In this document: positions 33,106-45,261 of the stretch, piece by piece
Layout: each line of letters begins with the position of its first letter
How positions within the stretch are numbered: position 1 is the first letter of the stretch
From: Craspedostauros australis
Lineage: Eukaryota
Direction of reading: 5' to 3'
Assembly: GCA_030167865.1 (NCBI GenBank)
Contig: JALAGF010003466.1
Location: 1-50,037, forward strand
Length of the DNA: 50,037 nt
Translations under genes and position numbers: made by a program
Notes under the pieces: model-generated
The model's database searches: none
What the model was told of the DNA's origin: nothing
The model's input: only the letters and a program-made list of their open reading frames with translations

Positions 33106-35942
33106 CTACTCCTTGGAGGATGCTTCCGACTTCATCACTTCGAACTTTTGTCGCGTCAATGCCAAACCAAAGTAGCTCATGACCCATGACGCAGCGCTGA
33201 TGAGAAGCTGCGCGCGGAATACCGTGGCGATGTTCTTGCCGTCCAGCCCGAATCGGCTCAGCGCTTCTTCTCCCGTGCGTGCCACCGGACCGCGATGACG
33301 ACCGCCCGCATCAAAGATCAGGTCCTCAAACTCGTTCAATGACAATCCTTCGAATCCCCATCGGATGAGACCCACCTTCGGGACCCAGCGCAGCAATCGC
33401 GGCGTATTCTCTTCGGAGATGTTGCGCCCATCGAAGATGATGTTGAGGACCAGGACGGCCGGGAAGAGGGCCAGGGCAGTGTCGGAGTTGGGACTCACGG
33501 CGCCCAGGAACAGGCCGAAGGATTGGCATGTGATGGTGTGCAGGGAGGTCAGGGTGAGGAAGCGTCTCAGCTTCTTGGCCGTGCCGTTGATGCCCGTGAA
33601 GTAGGACACCATGATACCGAAGATGCTTTGGAAGAAGAAGACGGGTGGCATTTCGGATATGGCCTTGCTGACGAAGTACGGGAGACTGCTGTACATCTTG
33701 GTCGCGATCTCACCCGACACGATGGCCTTTTCCTTGGGGAAGGCACGTATTGTCGATGCGATGGCCATGTTGGCTGCGCCGATGGCGATCAGCGAGAGCA
33801 AACCGAAACGATCCTGAATCGATGCTTGGTTGTTGCCAATGCTGTAGATTCCGCCGTAGATGATCGCCAACGTGACCTGCTGGACCGTCATGATGATGAG
33901 CTTGGCCTTGGCACGGAAATTCTCCCGCAACGATCGGCTGAACAGCAATCGGAATTGCTTAAAGATACCCGCCTTGCGTCCTCGCTTGCCTTCGCCATTG
34001 AACACGAGGAGGGCGGTGTCGTCGTCAATCTTTTTCGATTTGAGACCCAGATCGATCTTGGCATCCGCGGCGAGCTTGGCAAGGTTGGCGATGCGTGAAT
34101 GCATGTCCTCATCCGTCTCCTTGGGAAGCTGGGACATGGAGATGCAATCCAGGACGTGCTCCGACGTTCCCATCTCGGCCGGCGCCTTGCAATTCTGGCC
34201 TGCGAAGTACCCTCGCACCTTGCTGACTTCACCAAAGTACATCTGCTTGCCTTCCGACAAGAGCAGAAGATCGTCGAAGGACCCGAAGACGTGCTGACTG
34301 GGCTGATGAATGACGGCGACGATGGTCTTGCCGGCATCCGCCATCTTGCGCAGGTACTCCACCAACGTCGTCGCGGCCGTGCTATCCAACCCGCTGGTGG
34401 GTTCATCGAGGAACAGCACGGACGGACTCGAGATGAGCTCGCACGCGATGGACAACCGGCGACGTTCGCCACCCGAAATGCCGCGCACCTTGTCGCCGCC
34501 CACGATGGTGTCGGCCGACTTTTCCAATCCCATCTGCAGCAGCAGATCCTCGACGATGGCATCGCGCTGCGATTTGGCCACGATGCTGCCGAGCTTCAAT
34601 TCGACGCGGAAGTGCAACGTTTCACGCACGGTCATGTGGGGGAAGAAGTTCATGGACTGTGGCACGAAGGCGGCCGGGATCAGGGAGTCGCCCGAGACGG
34701 GCTCGCCGTTGATGAAGCGTTCGCCGAAGAGGTTCTGACCGGATTTCTCCTTGATGCGTCCCGCGAGGGCGTGCAGGACTGTGGATTTGCCCGCGCCGGA
34801 AGGTCCCATGATGGCCAGCATGCGTCCTGGTTGGGCTCTGCCATGGATGGATCCATCGAGGATGAGACGCGTTTTGTTGTTGCCGTTCTTGCCATTTTGC
34901 TTGTTCTTTTTTTTGTTTGGAATCTCCAATCGAAGGCCGCGGAACCCAAGATCGACCTTCTCGAAGTCGCCATGGACCGCCGTGGCTTCGTTGCCACCGC
35001 GGATGCTGTTGTCTGTTCATGCGTATTCATGTGTTGGTGATTGGGAGGGTGGAAAGCCAGAGTATGCATGTGAGTATAATATGAGGTTGCGAATGAGATG
35101 GTGAATGGCACATAGAATGTGTGCTCAATGGAAGTCGGCAAGCCACCCGTTGGGACAGTGACGTGCACTTCACGAACAGAGATCTGCCTAGTTCAGAAAT
35201 GCTCATCATGAGAAAGTGTGGGTTGTCGAGCAGTGGACACTGTGGATGTTTCGAATGCTGCAATTGCCGAGAGTCTCACGACATCCCCATGGATTCGACT
35301 ACGATCGGAAGAGGAATGATGGATGGACGGATGAGAGAATGTGCATTGCCGGAAGTGCAAGTTCCATTTGCTCTCCAAGGCTGCGCTGAAATGTATTCAT
35401 GCACACGCACGCAGTCTCACCCACTTACCATAGTAAACTCTCTTCCGTCTGCTCGAAGTGAACGTCGACACGAAATATCGCAGGATGATGATCGCAACGA
35501 AGACTACAAGGCTGTAAAAGAGGACGCCATCACCATCCAGCAGCTGGTCCAGCAGTTGATCCAGCAGTTGATCCATAGAAATGGCGTCCTCCTGAACCTC
35601 CGCTTCCTTCTGCTGCCGATTGCGCATGATCCGTTTCCAAATGGGAGGTTTTCGTTGCTCGTCCTGCGATGGTCTCTGCATGATGCGTTCCCAACCATCA
35701 TCAAAGGCCTGACCCATGGCATTCCATCCATCTTGTATCGTCTCCATGAACGTACCTTCGATAATGCTCTTTTTCGTGCTGCCTCCAGCAGAATTGCTGC
35801 TGCTGTTGCTGCCTGGCGTCTCCATGCGGCTCGCCAAGTTCGTTGCAGCGCGTTGGGCATGGATCGTGCCGCACAGTAGCGCGACGCAGACAAGCCAGAG
35901 GGCCAATCGACTTCGCGTCGATCCGAACCGACGTTGCTTCAT
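33106..35942 (-). CDS. ABCG (White-family) half transporter resembling plant ABCG7, complement(join(33106..35012,35429..35942)), 806 aa
   Basis: Walker A GPSGAGKST, signature ISGGERRR, Walker B LFLDEPTSGLD, IHQP, C-terminal TMD. The upstream exon joins via G|GTAAGT (35428) and AACAG|AC (35013) in matching phase. Confidence 0.9.
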
Positions 35943-36045
35943 GGTTGCGATCTTCTGTGGTACAACAGAACTGTATGGAATGGGTCGAGGACGACAGTAC
36001 GATCTCGTACGATGCAATCAACTCAATTTGGCGAAGGCAACAGAT

Positions 36046-36134
36046 CTGCTTTGCTTTGCTGTGCTGTGCTGTGCTGTGCTGTACGCTGGTGTGATGTGCT
36101 CTGATGCGCTCTGATGTGCTCTGCTCTGCTGTGC
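36046..36134. repeat. Imperfect pentanucleotide microsatellite (GCTGT/GCTCT/GCTTT)n upstream of the ABCG gene
   Basis: gctttgctttgctgtgctgtgctgtgctgtgctgt...gctctgctctgctgt. Confidence 0.75.
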
Positions 36135-36668
36135 CGGAATCGATGCTTTTTGTGATCCTCTCTCTTTCTTTCTGTGTTGGGTTTATGCCTTCGTCACCTC
36201 AGCTGATGATGTTGCCTTCTATCCCTTGATGGGGTGCCAAATGCCCATGCGAATGCTGCACTGCACACAAGGTGGTATTCGTATGGTGCCACACCTCCAC
36301 CTGGCTGGTCATCTTGCCTTGTGGCCATACGTGTTGTTGCAATTGCGGTCGTTGTCGTTGGCATGTTGATGCGTTCTCGTTGTCGAAAGATACTGGGATT
36401 GCGAGTCACGACATGGCGGGATTGGCAATACTGCATGAACGAGTTCCGTTGACGTTGCGATCATGGTTGTCGACGATGAGAGAGACATGAGTCTGGCGCT
36501 TTCTGTGATGTCATGGTTTGTATTGTTAATGTCTCGCAATAGGATAGAGTAGAATAGAATAATCTTGAGAGCACTCTATTCCGTTCCGGCCCTTGTCGAG
36601 GTCTGGTATTGCAATAGTAATTGCAGTCGTATCATATCCTATGATGCCGCGCCCTCGACTCACTGTGT

Positions 36669-37748
36669 CTACCCTTTCATGCCTTCTTGAATGATCAGTC
36701 CCATCCAATACAATTGCAAAGCCCCGAGCACGACGCCGGTCGTCAAGAAGACGTACAGAAAGGACAAGGGCCGCGCCTTGGTCGTCTCGTAATGCGCCAT
36801 GGCGTAATGACAATCATTCCACATCATGACGCATCGCGACAGCCATCCGTAGACGCGATACAACGCAAAGGCCACCGCGAAGGAGATTTTGGATGCCTCC
36901 ACGATGCCGTTCAGAATGTTCGCGCTGTCGGCCTGTGGTTCGGCGAGATCGTGCAGCAAGGTGTCCAAATCGAGGAGGACCAAGAAGATGGACGACACCT
37001 CGGTGCATCCGCCGTAGAAGATGGAATAATACGGCACGAATCGGTAGAAGAGGGAGTAGTAGGCCGTCGCGCCCGTCATGATGTGATGGAACAGGAAGAT
37101 GGGATCGGCGTGTTCGGGGATCGTGACGGAGACGACGAAATCCCAGATCTGATAACACAAGATGGCCGTGCTTTGGTCGTCAGCGGCGATGGAGATTTTG
37201 GAGGACTTTTCTTTGGACGCCGCAACGGACTTGCCGAAGACGCGGTATTCGATCATGGCGATATCGGCGTCGTCCGTCTTCTTGTGATCGACGTGTTGCT
37301 GATATTCCTTGCGCAGACTGGGACTGAAATGGAATCGATAAAATCCCGTCAAGCCCATGTAGCACATGGCCAAGAAGGACGCGGCCTTGTAGGCGATGAG
37401 ATCGGGGCGGTAGCACAGTTGCGTGTCGGGATGCAACGGCAGATCATGGTCGTCGCAGTACGAGCGTGCGACGGGAAGGAATTTGGGATTCCAAAAATAG
37501 ACGCCGACATAGACGGCCGTCAAGAATCCGACGCCCAGGATGATGCTGGATTGGTGCGTGCGGATGGCGTTGGGGTCGGCCGTGGGCGGGGCTGGTTTCT
37601 TTTGGATTGCGGACGGCTGCTGTTGGGTTGCTGCGGCCGATGTCGATGACACGGAGGATGATGCGCGGAACGTCAGGTCGTCCTTGGAGTTCATGTGGAT
37701 GGGATCCTCGGTCATGTTGGCGCCGGGGCTTTGCGGACGTGGTGGCAT
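36669..37748 (-). CDS. TLC (TRAM/LAG1/CLN8) domain membrane protein
   Basis: YQIWDF, FLFHH, EVSSIFL, FALYRV, LQLYW motifs in the TLC order; about 6-7 TM helices. Confidence 0.85.
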   Translation of the reverse strand: MPPRPQSPGANMTEDPIHMNSKDDLTFRASSSVSSTSAAATQQQPSAIQKKPAPPTADPNAIRTHQSSIILGVGFLTAVYVGVYFWNPKFLPVARSYCDDHDLPLHPDTQLCYRPDLIAYKAASFLAMCYMGLTGFYRFHFSPSLRKEYQQHVDHKKTDDADIAMIEYRVFGKSVAASKEKSSKISIAADDQSTAILCYQIWDFVVSVTIPEHADPIFLFHHIMTGATAYYSLFYRFVPYYSIFYGGCTEVSSIFLVLLDLDTLLHDLAEPQADSANILNGIVEASKISFAVAFALYRVYGWLSRCVMMWNDCHYAMAHYETTKARPLSFLYVFLTTGVVLGALQLYWMGLIIQEGMKG

Positions 37749-39337
37749 GGTTGTTGCTGCTGCAGTGCTGGTTGCTGTTGTGGTTGCTGTTGATTGATGT
37801 ATTGTACTATACTACGAATACGATGTAGAGGCTGAGTGGCTTTTGATTTTTTGTCTGACTTTCTGTTCTTTGTGATGACAGCAGCGATGTGACGGAATGC
37901 AAGATTGATTGCTCTGCGCTCTGCTGGATGCCGCAAGTGTGATGCTCGCACTCGAATGTTGCTCTTTGCAGTGACACCAACACAATCAATCAATGTCGGC
38001 ACAGAAGAATTGTTCGGTCTTGGGGTTCTTGGAGGCATCAACCGTTTGGAATGCAAAAGAAAGGTCCGCTTTTCTCGTTGGCTGCACGACCTCTATTGCC
38101 GATGCGGTTTCCTTCCTTCCTTCTCTTGATGTGATGGATGGAACTCAATCGCGATGCTCGATCACTCTGCCGATGCTATCACGATTCCAATCAAGAAGGT
38201 TGCTTCCTTTTTCTGATTCTCTTTTCTGTTTTGTTTGAGATGGAGGAAGATGGAGGTCCCTCTTCTACTTTGAGTGAGAATGTTGTTGGAGTTGGGTTGA
38301 GTTGCGTTGACTTGCGTTGCACGGGAGATCCTACGTTACAGATACGACCACCAATACTCTGCTCCATTTTCACAGCCACCTCATGTTCGTACGACAACAC
38401 ACTCTGCATCCAACATCCAGCGAAGAAAGTCGTTCTCGTCGGAGCCACTTCAACAAAGCAGAATCGGAAAAGTCAGGAACGAACACATCTTCGTTTGTTT
38501 GCACTGATGTCACATGCTTCAACAACCACCACGCAATGTATCGTGATTGGCTGCAAGTGGGTGACGACATCGGCTGTATTTTTGGCGATGTCGATTTGTC
38601 CCCATTTCAGACAGGCGGGCGACGGTTGGACGGAAGCAGAATTTTTTGATGTGTTGGTTGCTGGTTGGGTGGCTGTGACGCGATTGCATGAGGTCTTGTT
38701 GTTAGAATGTTACCAGGAAGCAAGAGAGAGAGAGAGAGTGAAGTACAACAGGAGTGAATGGCGGTATTGTTTCTGTTTACGGCTATGGTTAGTTCGTGAT
38801 TGATTGTTCTTAGTAATAAACTGCTACCTTCCTTGTTTGCTTGAATAATCGCGAAGGATAGAGTACTGTGCGATCTATTGATGTGTGTTGTGTTTCAATG
38901 CAATGCGATGTTTGTCTGATGGATCCCATATCAGAACATTGCTTGCTTGGTTGCTTGTCGTTGATGCCTGTTTGTTGGATGTTGCCCCGTTGTTGGTCAC
39001 ACGAGGAAGCTGCTTCAGCAGTGGTGTACATGGTCATATATATCTCGGCACTGTAGAGTACAGTGCGGTGCCATGGATACCATCTGCTGTGTGTTCGTGT
39101 GCGCATGATTGTTTGTATTGTATAATATGTTGTTGTTGTTGTTGTTGATGATGTCCTTTTTGAATGTCGTTGCAGCAGAAGCGTGGAGTCCGTCTGTCTC
39201 TTCATGTTGTTCACACCTAGCCGATGGTGCTGTCCCATAACAAAGAGCAAGAGCTGCGACTCACTTTCTGTTTGTTTCCCTTGTCTGCTCGCTTGATGCC
39301 TGTCTCCCCCGCCACGCTCATACAATATATTATGTGT

Positions 39338-40042
39338 TTACCCCATGATCATTTCTCCGCTGGCTGCCCCGTTGGTGGTTGCGGTGGTCGTCGTCGATGG
39401 CGATGCCCAGGCGATGTTCTCGCTGCTGCATGTTCGACGTCGCTTGAAGAACATGGCCTTCTGATCGTAACCGAAGGATTGTTCGGGACGCTTTTGTCCC
39501 AGAAGCGAGTTGGTGACCGTGGTGGGTTGCAGCGGAAGTGGTTGCTGTTGTGGCTGCTGCTGCACCAAATGCAACGTGATGGCCTGAAGCAGAGGACCGT
39601 CCGGATTGTCGAACATGGAGACGACGCCCGCGACCGTCTCATAAAAGTGGACCTGCAACGTGAGCTGGTTGCTCGTGTGCTGCGCCAAGGCCGCGAGGTT
39701 GGGAATGGGAAGCAGAACTTCATGCCACAATCCCCGATCGCGCCAGTTGCCATCGTAGAGACCCTTGGACTGCAGCAGGCAGGAGTAGTGATGCGTGTTG
39801 GGCGCCCATGAGACTGGCACGGCGTTGACGGCGACGGTGACGTGCACGCGGATGGTGCGGTCCGTGGGTTCGGAGCCGATGCGCAAGGCAAAGGCCGGTG
39901 CTTGGGCAGCCGCGTTGACGCAGAAGGGCTGCTGCACGACGAGGGCGCTGGAGCGGTCGGAGGTGCTTGTGGGCGTGCTGCAGGTCAGCAGGCTGCGTGG
40001 TTGGGAGATCACCTCCACAGTCAGTCCGTTGTGTTTCACCAT
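39338..40042 (-). CDS. Hypothetical protein, 234 aa
   Basis: ATG preceded by an ACAA-rich leader like the other genes here. GC-rich coding-like core with beta-strand-like patterns (IRVHVTVAV, LTLQVHFY) and a basic FKRRR near the C-terminus. No family recognised. Confidence 0.55.
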   Translation of the reverse strand: MVKHNGLTVEVISQPRSLLTCSTPTSTSDRSSALVVQQPFCVNAAAQAPAFALRIGSEPTDRTIRVHVTVAVNAVPVSWAPNTHHYSCLLQSKGLYDGNWRDRGLWHEVLLPIPNLAALAQHTSNQLTLQVHFYETVAGVVSMFDNPDGPLLQAITLHLVQQQPQQQPLPLQPTTVTNSLLGQKRPEQSFGYDQKAMFFKRRRTCSSENIAWASPSTTTTATTNGAASGEMIMG

Positions 40043-41396
40043 TGTCGTTTGTCGTTTGTTGAGAGTGTGCCGTGATTGGTGCTTGCTTCTGAATGTGCCT
40101 TGAAGTGTGGGAGCAGTGTTTGCTCTGCGCCACTGTGATTGTCGGCCTTGGGGTGGTTCGAAGTTTCAGTTCCAAGTATTGTGGTAAAGTGGTTTCCTGA
40201 CACGCAACAGTCGCTGTACCGTTGCTGTCTTGTTGTTGTTGGGATGGAAGGATGGTCGCCCAAAAGATGCTTCCAACTGTTTGGTTCACTTTGGTGTTGT
40301 CGCCGCAAACGCCGATGGATGGCTGGATGGATGAAGTGTCCCACACACACAGATGGCCAGGGTCACACACGAGAAGCACACACAACAAATCCGATCTCTG
40401 TTTGCGTCAGCGCAGTCTTGGTATCTTGCGGCTCTCGTTTTTCGTCTCTTGTTCGATTGTCGATGTTGCGGTTGTTGTCGATGATGGTCTTCCTACTTTG
40501 ACAATGGGGATGACAGTGATGGTGATGATGATGAGTGATTTGATGGATGGCAACCAAAGTGATGGATGAATGCGTGTGTGCTTGGTTCTCTGGTATAGTG
40601 TGTTGACACAGCGATCTGGCGATAGTGTTGTGTTGTGTGGTGCTGTGGTGTGTTGTGCAGCGTTGTGATGGTTGCCATGTCTGTTTCAACTGCGGTACTC
40701 GGCTCAGTTTTCTTGCCTCATGCGTTGTGTGATGTGATACGATACGATGCGAACTGGTGGAGGTGCGAACGAAAAAAGTGAATGAGAAAGCTGTGTGGAT
40801 TGGCGACGGGCCAGCTCCAAACGCGACATCACATCGCTCGCATCCTGTCACGTACAACACGTAGAGGCAGTACTGCAGAGACCTTCTAACTTTCTCGCAA
40901 CACCGTGGCGCGCTTTCTTCGAATTGACCAATTAGAACCCTTTTGTCATGGCTTGCACATGAAAGGCAGCGAGCCAATCATTTTCGTTCGCGAGATGGTC
41001 ACACAGCTTGATTCACGGATTCCATTGATACACGTCAGACAAATCCGAAGCGTCAGTGACTGGTTCGTGAATGGATAGAGCTGATTGCAAAATTCGGGAA
41101 AAGGAGAAGGAACGATGCCGATGCCTTCCGTCTCGATCGTCGCAACAACCGCAATGATCGAGTGGCTCGCACGGTACCACGGTGATTGGAAAGGACAAGA
41201 GGGAGCAAGATGATCATACCCTGAAGTAGAGCACAACCCATGCCCTGTTCTTCCACACATTCTCGAGAATAGAACATATACTCTCATATTATATCCTATT
41301 TATTATTGTATTTTATCATATCATATTATAACATAATAGTACGCCATACGAAAGCTGTCACTTGTACTCATACCTCGCAACTACGATCTGCACAAC

Positions 41397-42314
41397 ATGA
41401 TGGGCATCTCCCGCATCGCAAAGGCATCATTGCTTCTGGCCTTGCATTGCCAAGGCATTGCAGGCTTCACCAGCAGCGGCATTCGCACATTCAGCAGTCT
41501 CAGCAGTGCCAAGGGCAGCGTGAACAGAAATGGCATTAACATTGGCATTAGCAACCCATTCATCCACGGCCCATCCACATTGCCAAACACCGCGTTCGCG
41601 CACCAACGAACAGCTCTGTCGGCCGAATCCGCCGACGGCCCTGCCAACAGCGACACCTTCGACCTCCGAACCACCGTCGGCCTCATCGCCGGCCAATCCG
41701 CCTTGATCGGCGTCGCCGTCGCCTTGGCCGCGGTCTTGCACACGCCCAACTTTGGCTTCGGCCCCAACATCCAGCTCACGGCCAGCGCCGTCCTGCAGGG
41801 CGTCGTCTGCACGTTGCCGTTGGGCCTTCTGGCCTTCGTACTGGACAAGGTCGAACCACACGTGCCCGCCTTGCAACAAGTCACGATGGCGACGCAACGC
41901 AGCGTCATGGCCGTGTTGGGCACGCGATGGAAACCGCGCACGGCGTTGCTGGCGTCGACGGCGTTGGGCATGGCGGCCGGCTTTGGTGAGGAGATGCTGT
42001 TTCGCGGCGTTCTGCAATACGAGCTGGGTGCCTCGTTCGCGGCCGTGGGATGGACCAGCGTGCTGTTTGGATTGCTGCATGCCGTGACGCCATTGTACGC
42101 CGTGCTCGCGACGTTGGCCAGTCTCTACTTTGGGTGGCTCTATCTTGCGGCCGACAATCTGGTCGTGCCCATTCTGACGCACGGGTTGTACGATGTCGCG
42201 GCGCTCATGTATGCGCATTATACCGTCAGTAAGCTGTCGCCGCAAGAGCAGTTGGAGATTGCCGAATGGAGAGGGCCGGGGGATCCGGAGGAGAAAGAGG
42301 AGAAGAGTAGCTAG
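41397..42314 (+). CDS. CPBP (Abi / CAAX protease type II) intramembrane glutamic protease, likely plastid-targeted
   Basis: EEMLFR, FGLLH and HGLYD motifs; signal peptide ending IAG-F followed by an S/R/K-rich transit-like region. Confidence 0.9.
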   Translation: MMGISRIAKASLLLALHCQGIAGFTSSGIRTFSSLSSAKGSVNRNGINIGISNPFIHGPSTLPNTAFAHQRTALSAESADGPANSDTFDLRTTVGLIAGQSALIGVAVALAAVLHTPNFGFGPNIQLTASAVLQGVVCTLPLGLLAFVLDKVEPHVPALQQVTMATQRSVMAVLGTRWKPRTALLASTALGMAAGFGEEMLFRGVLQYELGASFAAVGWTSVLFGLLHAVTPLYAVLATLASLYFGWLYLAADNLVVPILTHGLYDVAALMYAHYTVSKLSPQEQLEIAEWRGPGDPEEKEEKSS

Positions 42315-42549
42315 GGTGCAGACCGACTACTATTGCTACGAGACATGCCATGATGATGTATGATGATGCAACATACCGTATTGTAGCATATCAATACAAT
42401 ACCATCGAGCATAGCTATTCCACTTTTTTGGCTAACGCAGTCTTTGAGAATAGAGTGTTGGAGCATGACATTGTGATAATCCTAGATAACGTGCTTGCAA
42501 TGCTGTGTTCTACCTCATCTATCTCGCCATGTTGCCTGTGTAGTTGAGA

Positions 42550-45261
42550 TCAACGACAAAGCTCCGTGGGAGTGTGATGGCGACTGGATGATGCCGCCAG
42601 GAAATCACTCAAGTGCAACGAATCGTCCATACCTCTCAACATCTCGGAAGCGGACTGGTAGAAGCTCGACGACGATCGTTCGAAATCTTCGGTTTCATTC
42701 TCGTACGGAATAGCGAGCAGCAGCTCGGATTCCACGGCTGGAAGGGCAGGATCCGAATCGCCCAGGTCCGACTCCACCAGATCCGGCGACGCGCATTGGC
42801 GATGGATGTAGCGTCCTTGCATGTCCTCGTCCGGGACGCGTCTCGGGCTGTTGTCGTGAGAACTGCAGTCCGCCCTGCTTGGCACTTCCATCTGCACAAG
42901 ATCAGGCGGCGCTGGGAAGCCCAGGGGCATCGATGCAGGCCAAGAAGAGCGTGCGCGGCTCGACGCAGTCACTGGCGACGTCAATGGCTGCGGCGAAGGT
43001 CGTGGACGTGGCTGCGACAGCGATCTTTGGCGTTGTGGCGAACGCAGAGGCGCTCGTGAATGGTCGAGAGCCGGTGACAGCGAACGTCGCTGCGGACCTG
43101 CGTGTTGCTGCCGTGTTCTGGGTCGGATGGTGGTTGTTTGAGGTGTAACCGGTGCGACTGTCTTGTTCCACGCCTGGACCTGCTGGAACAACGATTTGTC
43201 AGTGACTGGGTTAGTCTCAAGACCAAGCAGAATGGGTTTCACATCGTCCGCCGCTTCGTCGTCTGATGTCTGACGATTGCCGTTGCTGACCAGGCCGCAG
43301 AGCAAAGCGGTGGCGCCTTCGTCGCTGATGCGATTGCCGCGCACGATGACCTTCTTCAGCGTCTTGGAGGATGCCATCCATTCTCCCAGCGCAACGGCTC
43401 CTGCGTCACGCACGTTGTTCTGGCTGACGCTGATGGAGGCGAGGGTGGAAACGCCTGGGTTGGAGGACATGATGGTGCTCAGCGCTTGAACGCCCTGATC
43501 GCCCAGCACGTTGTGATCGAGCGACAGAATGGAGAGGGTTGGGATCTCGGTGAGGCTGGTGGCCATGAGGGACGCACCCTCGGGACCGATGTCGTTGAAG
43601 CTGAGGCTGACCTCGGTGATGTGGCACAGATCCGAAAACTGCAGCGCCTGGAAGATGTAGGAGACGCCTTCGTCGCCCAGATCGTTGTGAGACAACCGCA
43701 GCACTTTGAGCGACTTGGCGGCCGATTCTGCGAGGAGCAGACTGATGGCCTTGGCACCGAGCGGACCGATGTGATTCCATCGCAGGCAGAGCACCTTGAG
43801 GGTCGCGGGTGGGAACTGCACCAGCCACCGGACGAGCGCGACAACGCCCTCATCTCCCAAATCGCAACGATCCAAAATGAGCGTCTTGATGCCGCGCAGC
43901 TGGCTGTGGACGAGGACCTGGATGTCGTACTCGTCGATCTTGCGGCCAGTGAGGTCCAGCGTGTGGGGACTGCGGTGGGGGTTGATCGATGTCGATCCCG
44001 TGGGTGGACGGCCGTGGGTTCCGCGTGTGCTGCCGGATCTGCCCGTCCTGTAGCCTGTGCCCACGGAGCTGCTGGTGGCCGTGGTCATCGTGTGATGGCC
44101 GACGCTGCCGCCGGCGCAGCCACCATTGTTGCTTCCCTCGATTGCGGTGGGTTCGTCGAAGGTGATGGAGAGGTGGCCGAAACTGTCATTGTTGCCGTTG
44201 CAGCTTTGGTTGAAGTCGCTGAGGGCGCTGCGGCTGTGGCTGCTGTGTTGACTGTGATGATGGCTGCTGTTGCTGTTATTGCCATTGTAGGCGTTGTGAT
44301 TGGTGGTTGCGGCGCTGGAAGTGGTAATGTTGTGGCCCTTACCGTGCGCCCCTCCAGCTGAGTAACTGCGGGTGGGACGCGAATGATCGCTTGCGGAAGA
44401 AGTTCTTCGCTGACCAAGGTGGAGCGACGATCTCGATGTACCATCGCCGTAGTTGCGATCGTGCTGCGAGCTCTGTCGTCGCACCGAGTGCTGGCGATGT
44501 GCGTGGTTGCTGGAGTCATTGGAACCATCCGTGGATGACGACGACGGCGATGGTGCTGACTCTTCTGCGCCTGCTGGATACAACGCGGGAATGTGAACAT
44601 CGATCATTGCGTTGTGGCTGCTCCTGTTGGCATCATGGGTGCTATCATGGCCGGAACGATCGCGATGGGAACTGCTGCTCTTGTTGGCGCCGGTATTGGT
44701 ATTGATGGTGCAATCCTCTTCCCCTATCTCCTGCAGGAGGAGCTTGGCCTGCTCCAAGGTGTAGCAGGTTGGTTGCGTGCAGTATCCCTTGTAGACGATG
44801 TACTCGCCATCATCGCTGAGGACGGTCCTTGGCTTCCAATGCTTGCGTCCCCAGCGCAGCCGATGGAACTTGGATGGCTCATGCGTCTGCTGGACCCCGC
44901 ACATTTGGCACAGCCCCCGTCGTTCGCAGTACTGATCGAAGTCCTTCCCAGTGAGCAGCCTTCCACCCACCAGCCGTTGGTGCATTCCTGGTGCTCTGCG
45001 CTTGCGCTTCGTCTGTTGATGGGACTTGGACGCTTGCATTGCTGATGGCGCTGATGCTGGTGTTTGTGTTGGTGACATGGCGGACGTCAATGGCAAATGC
45101 ATTACGGATGATGACAGAGAGGACATGGATGATGAAGGCGTCTGCGTCGACGATGAAACTGTCGAGGGAGTCGTTCTGCCGCAGTGGGCATCGGACAGTG
45201 GGGAATGGAATGCAGTATCCACCATTGCGGCTGACGCTGGGCCTCCTTTCGTGGATGTCAT
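42550..45261 (-). CDS. Ribonuclease-inhibitor-type LRR protein with an N-terminal Cys/His domain and disordered linkers
   Basis: ~28-aa repeats LxxLxLxxNxIGxxG (LKVLCLRWNHIGPLGA, LKVLRLSHNDLGDEGV, LSILSLDHNVLGDQGV); 903-aa uninterrupted ORF. Confidence 0.88.
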   Translation of the reverse strand: MTSTKGGPASAAMVDTAFHSPLSDAHCGRTTPSTVSSSTQTPSSSMSSLSSSVMHLPLTSAMSPTQTPASAPSAMQASKSHQQTKRKRRAPGMHQRLVGGRLLTGKDFDQYCERRGLCQMCGVQQTHEPSKFHRLRWGRKHWKPRTVLSDDGEYIVYKGYCTQPTCYTLEQAKLLLQEIGEEDCTINTNTGANKSSSSHRDRSGHDSTHDANRSSHNAMIDVHIPALYPAGAEESAPSPSSSSTDGSNDSSNHAHRQHSVRRQSSQHDRNYGDGTSRSSLHLGQRRTSSASDHSRPTRSYSAGGAHGKGHNITTSSAATTNHNAYNGNNSNSSHHHSQHSSHSRSALSDFNQSCNGNNDSFGHLSITFDEPTAIEGSNNGGCAGGSVGHHTMTTATSSSVGTGYRTGRSGSTRGTHGRPPTGSTSINPHRSPHTLDLTGRKIDEYDIQVLVHSQLRGIKTLILDRCDLGDEGVVALVRWLVQFPPATLKVLCLRWNHIGPLGAKAISLLLAESAAKSLKVLRLSHNDLGDEGVSYIFQALQFSDLCHITEVSLSFNDIGPEGASLMATSLTEIPTLSILSLDHNVLGDQGVQALSTIMSSNPGVSTLASISVSQNNVRDAGAVALGEWMASSKTLKKVIVRGNRISDEGATALLCGLVSNGNRQTSDDEAADDVKPILLGLETNPVTDKSLFQQVQAWNKTVAPVTPQTTTIRPRTRQQHAGPQRRSLSPALDHSRAPLRSPQRQRSLSQPRPRPSPQPLTSPVTASSRARSSWPASMPLGFPAPPDLVQMEVPSRADCSSHDNSPRRVPDEDMQGRYIHRQCASPDLVESDLGDSDPALPAVESELLLAIPYENETEDFERSSSSFYQSASEMLRGMDDSLHLSDFLAASSSRHHTPTELCR

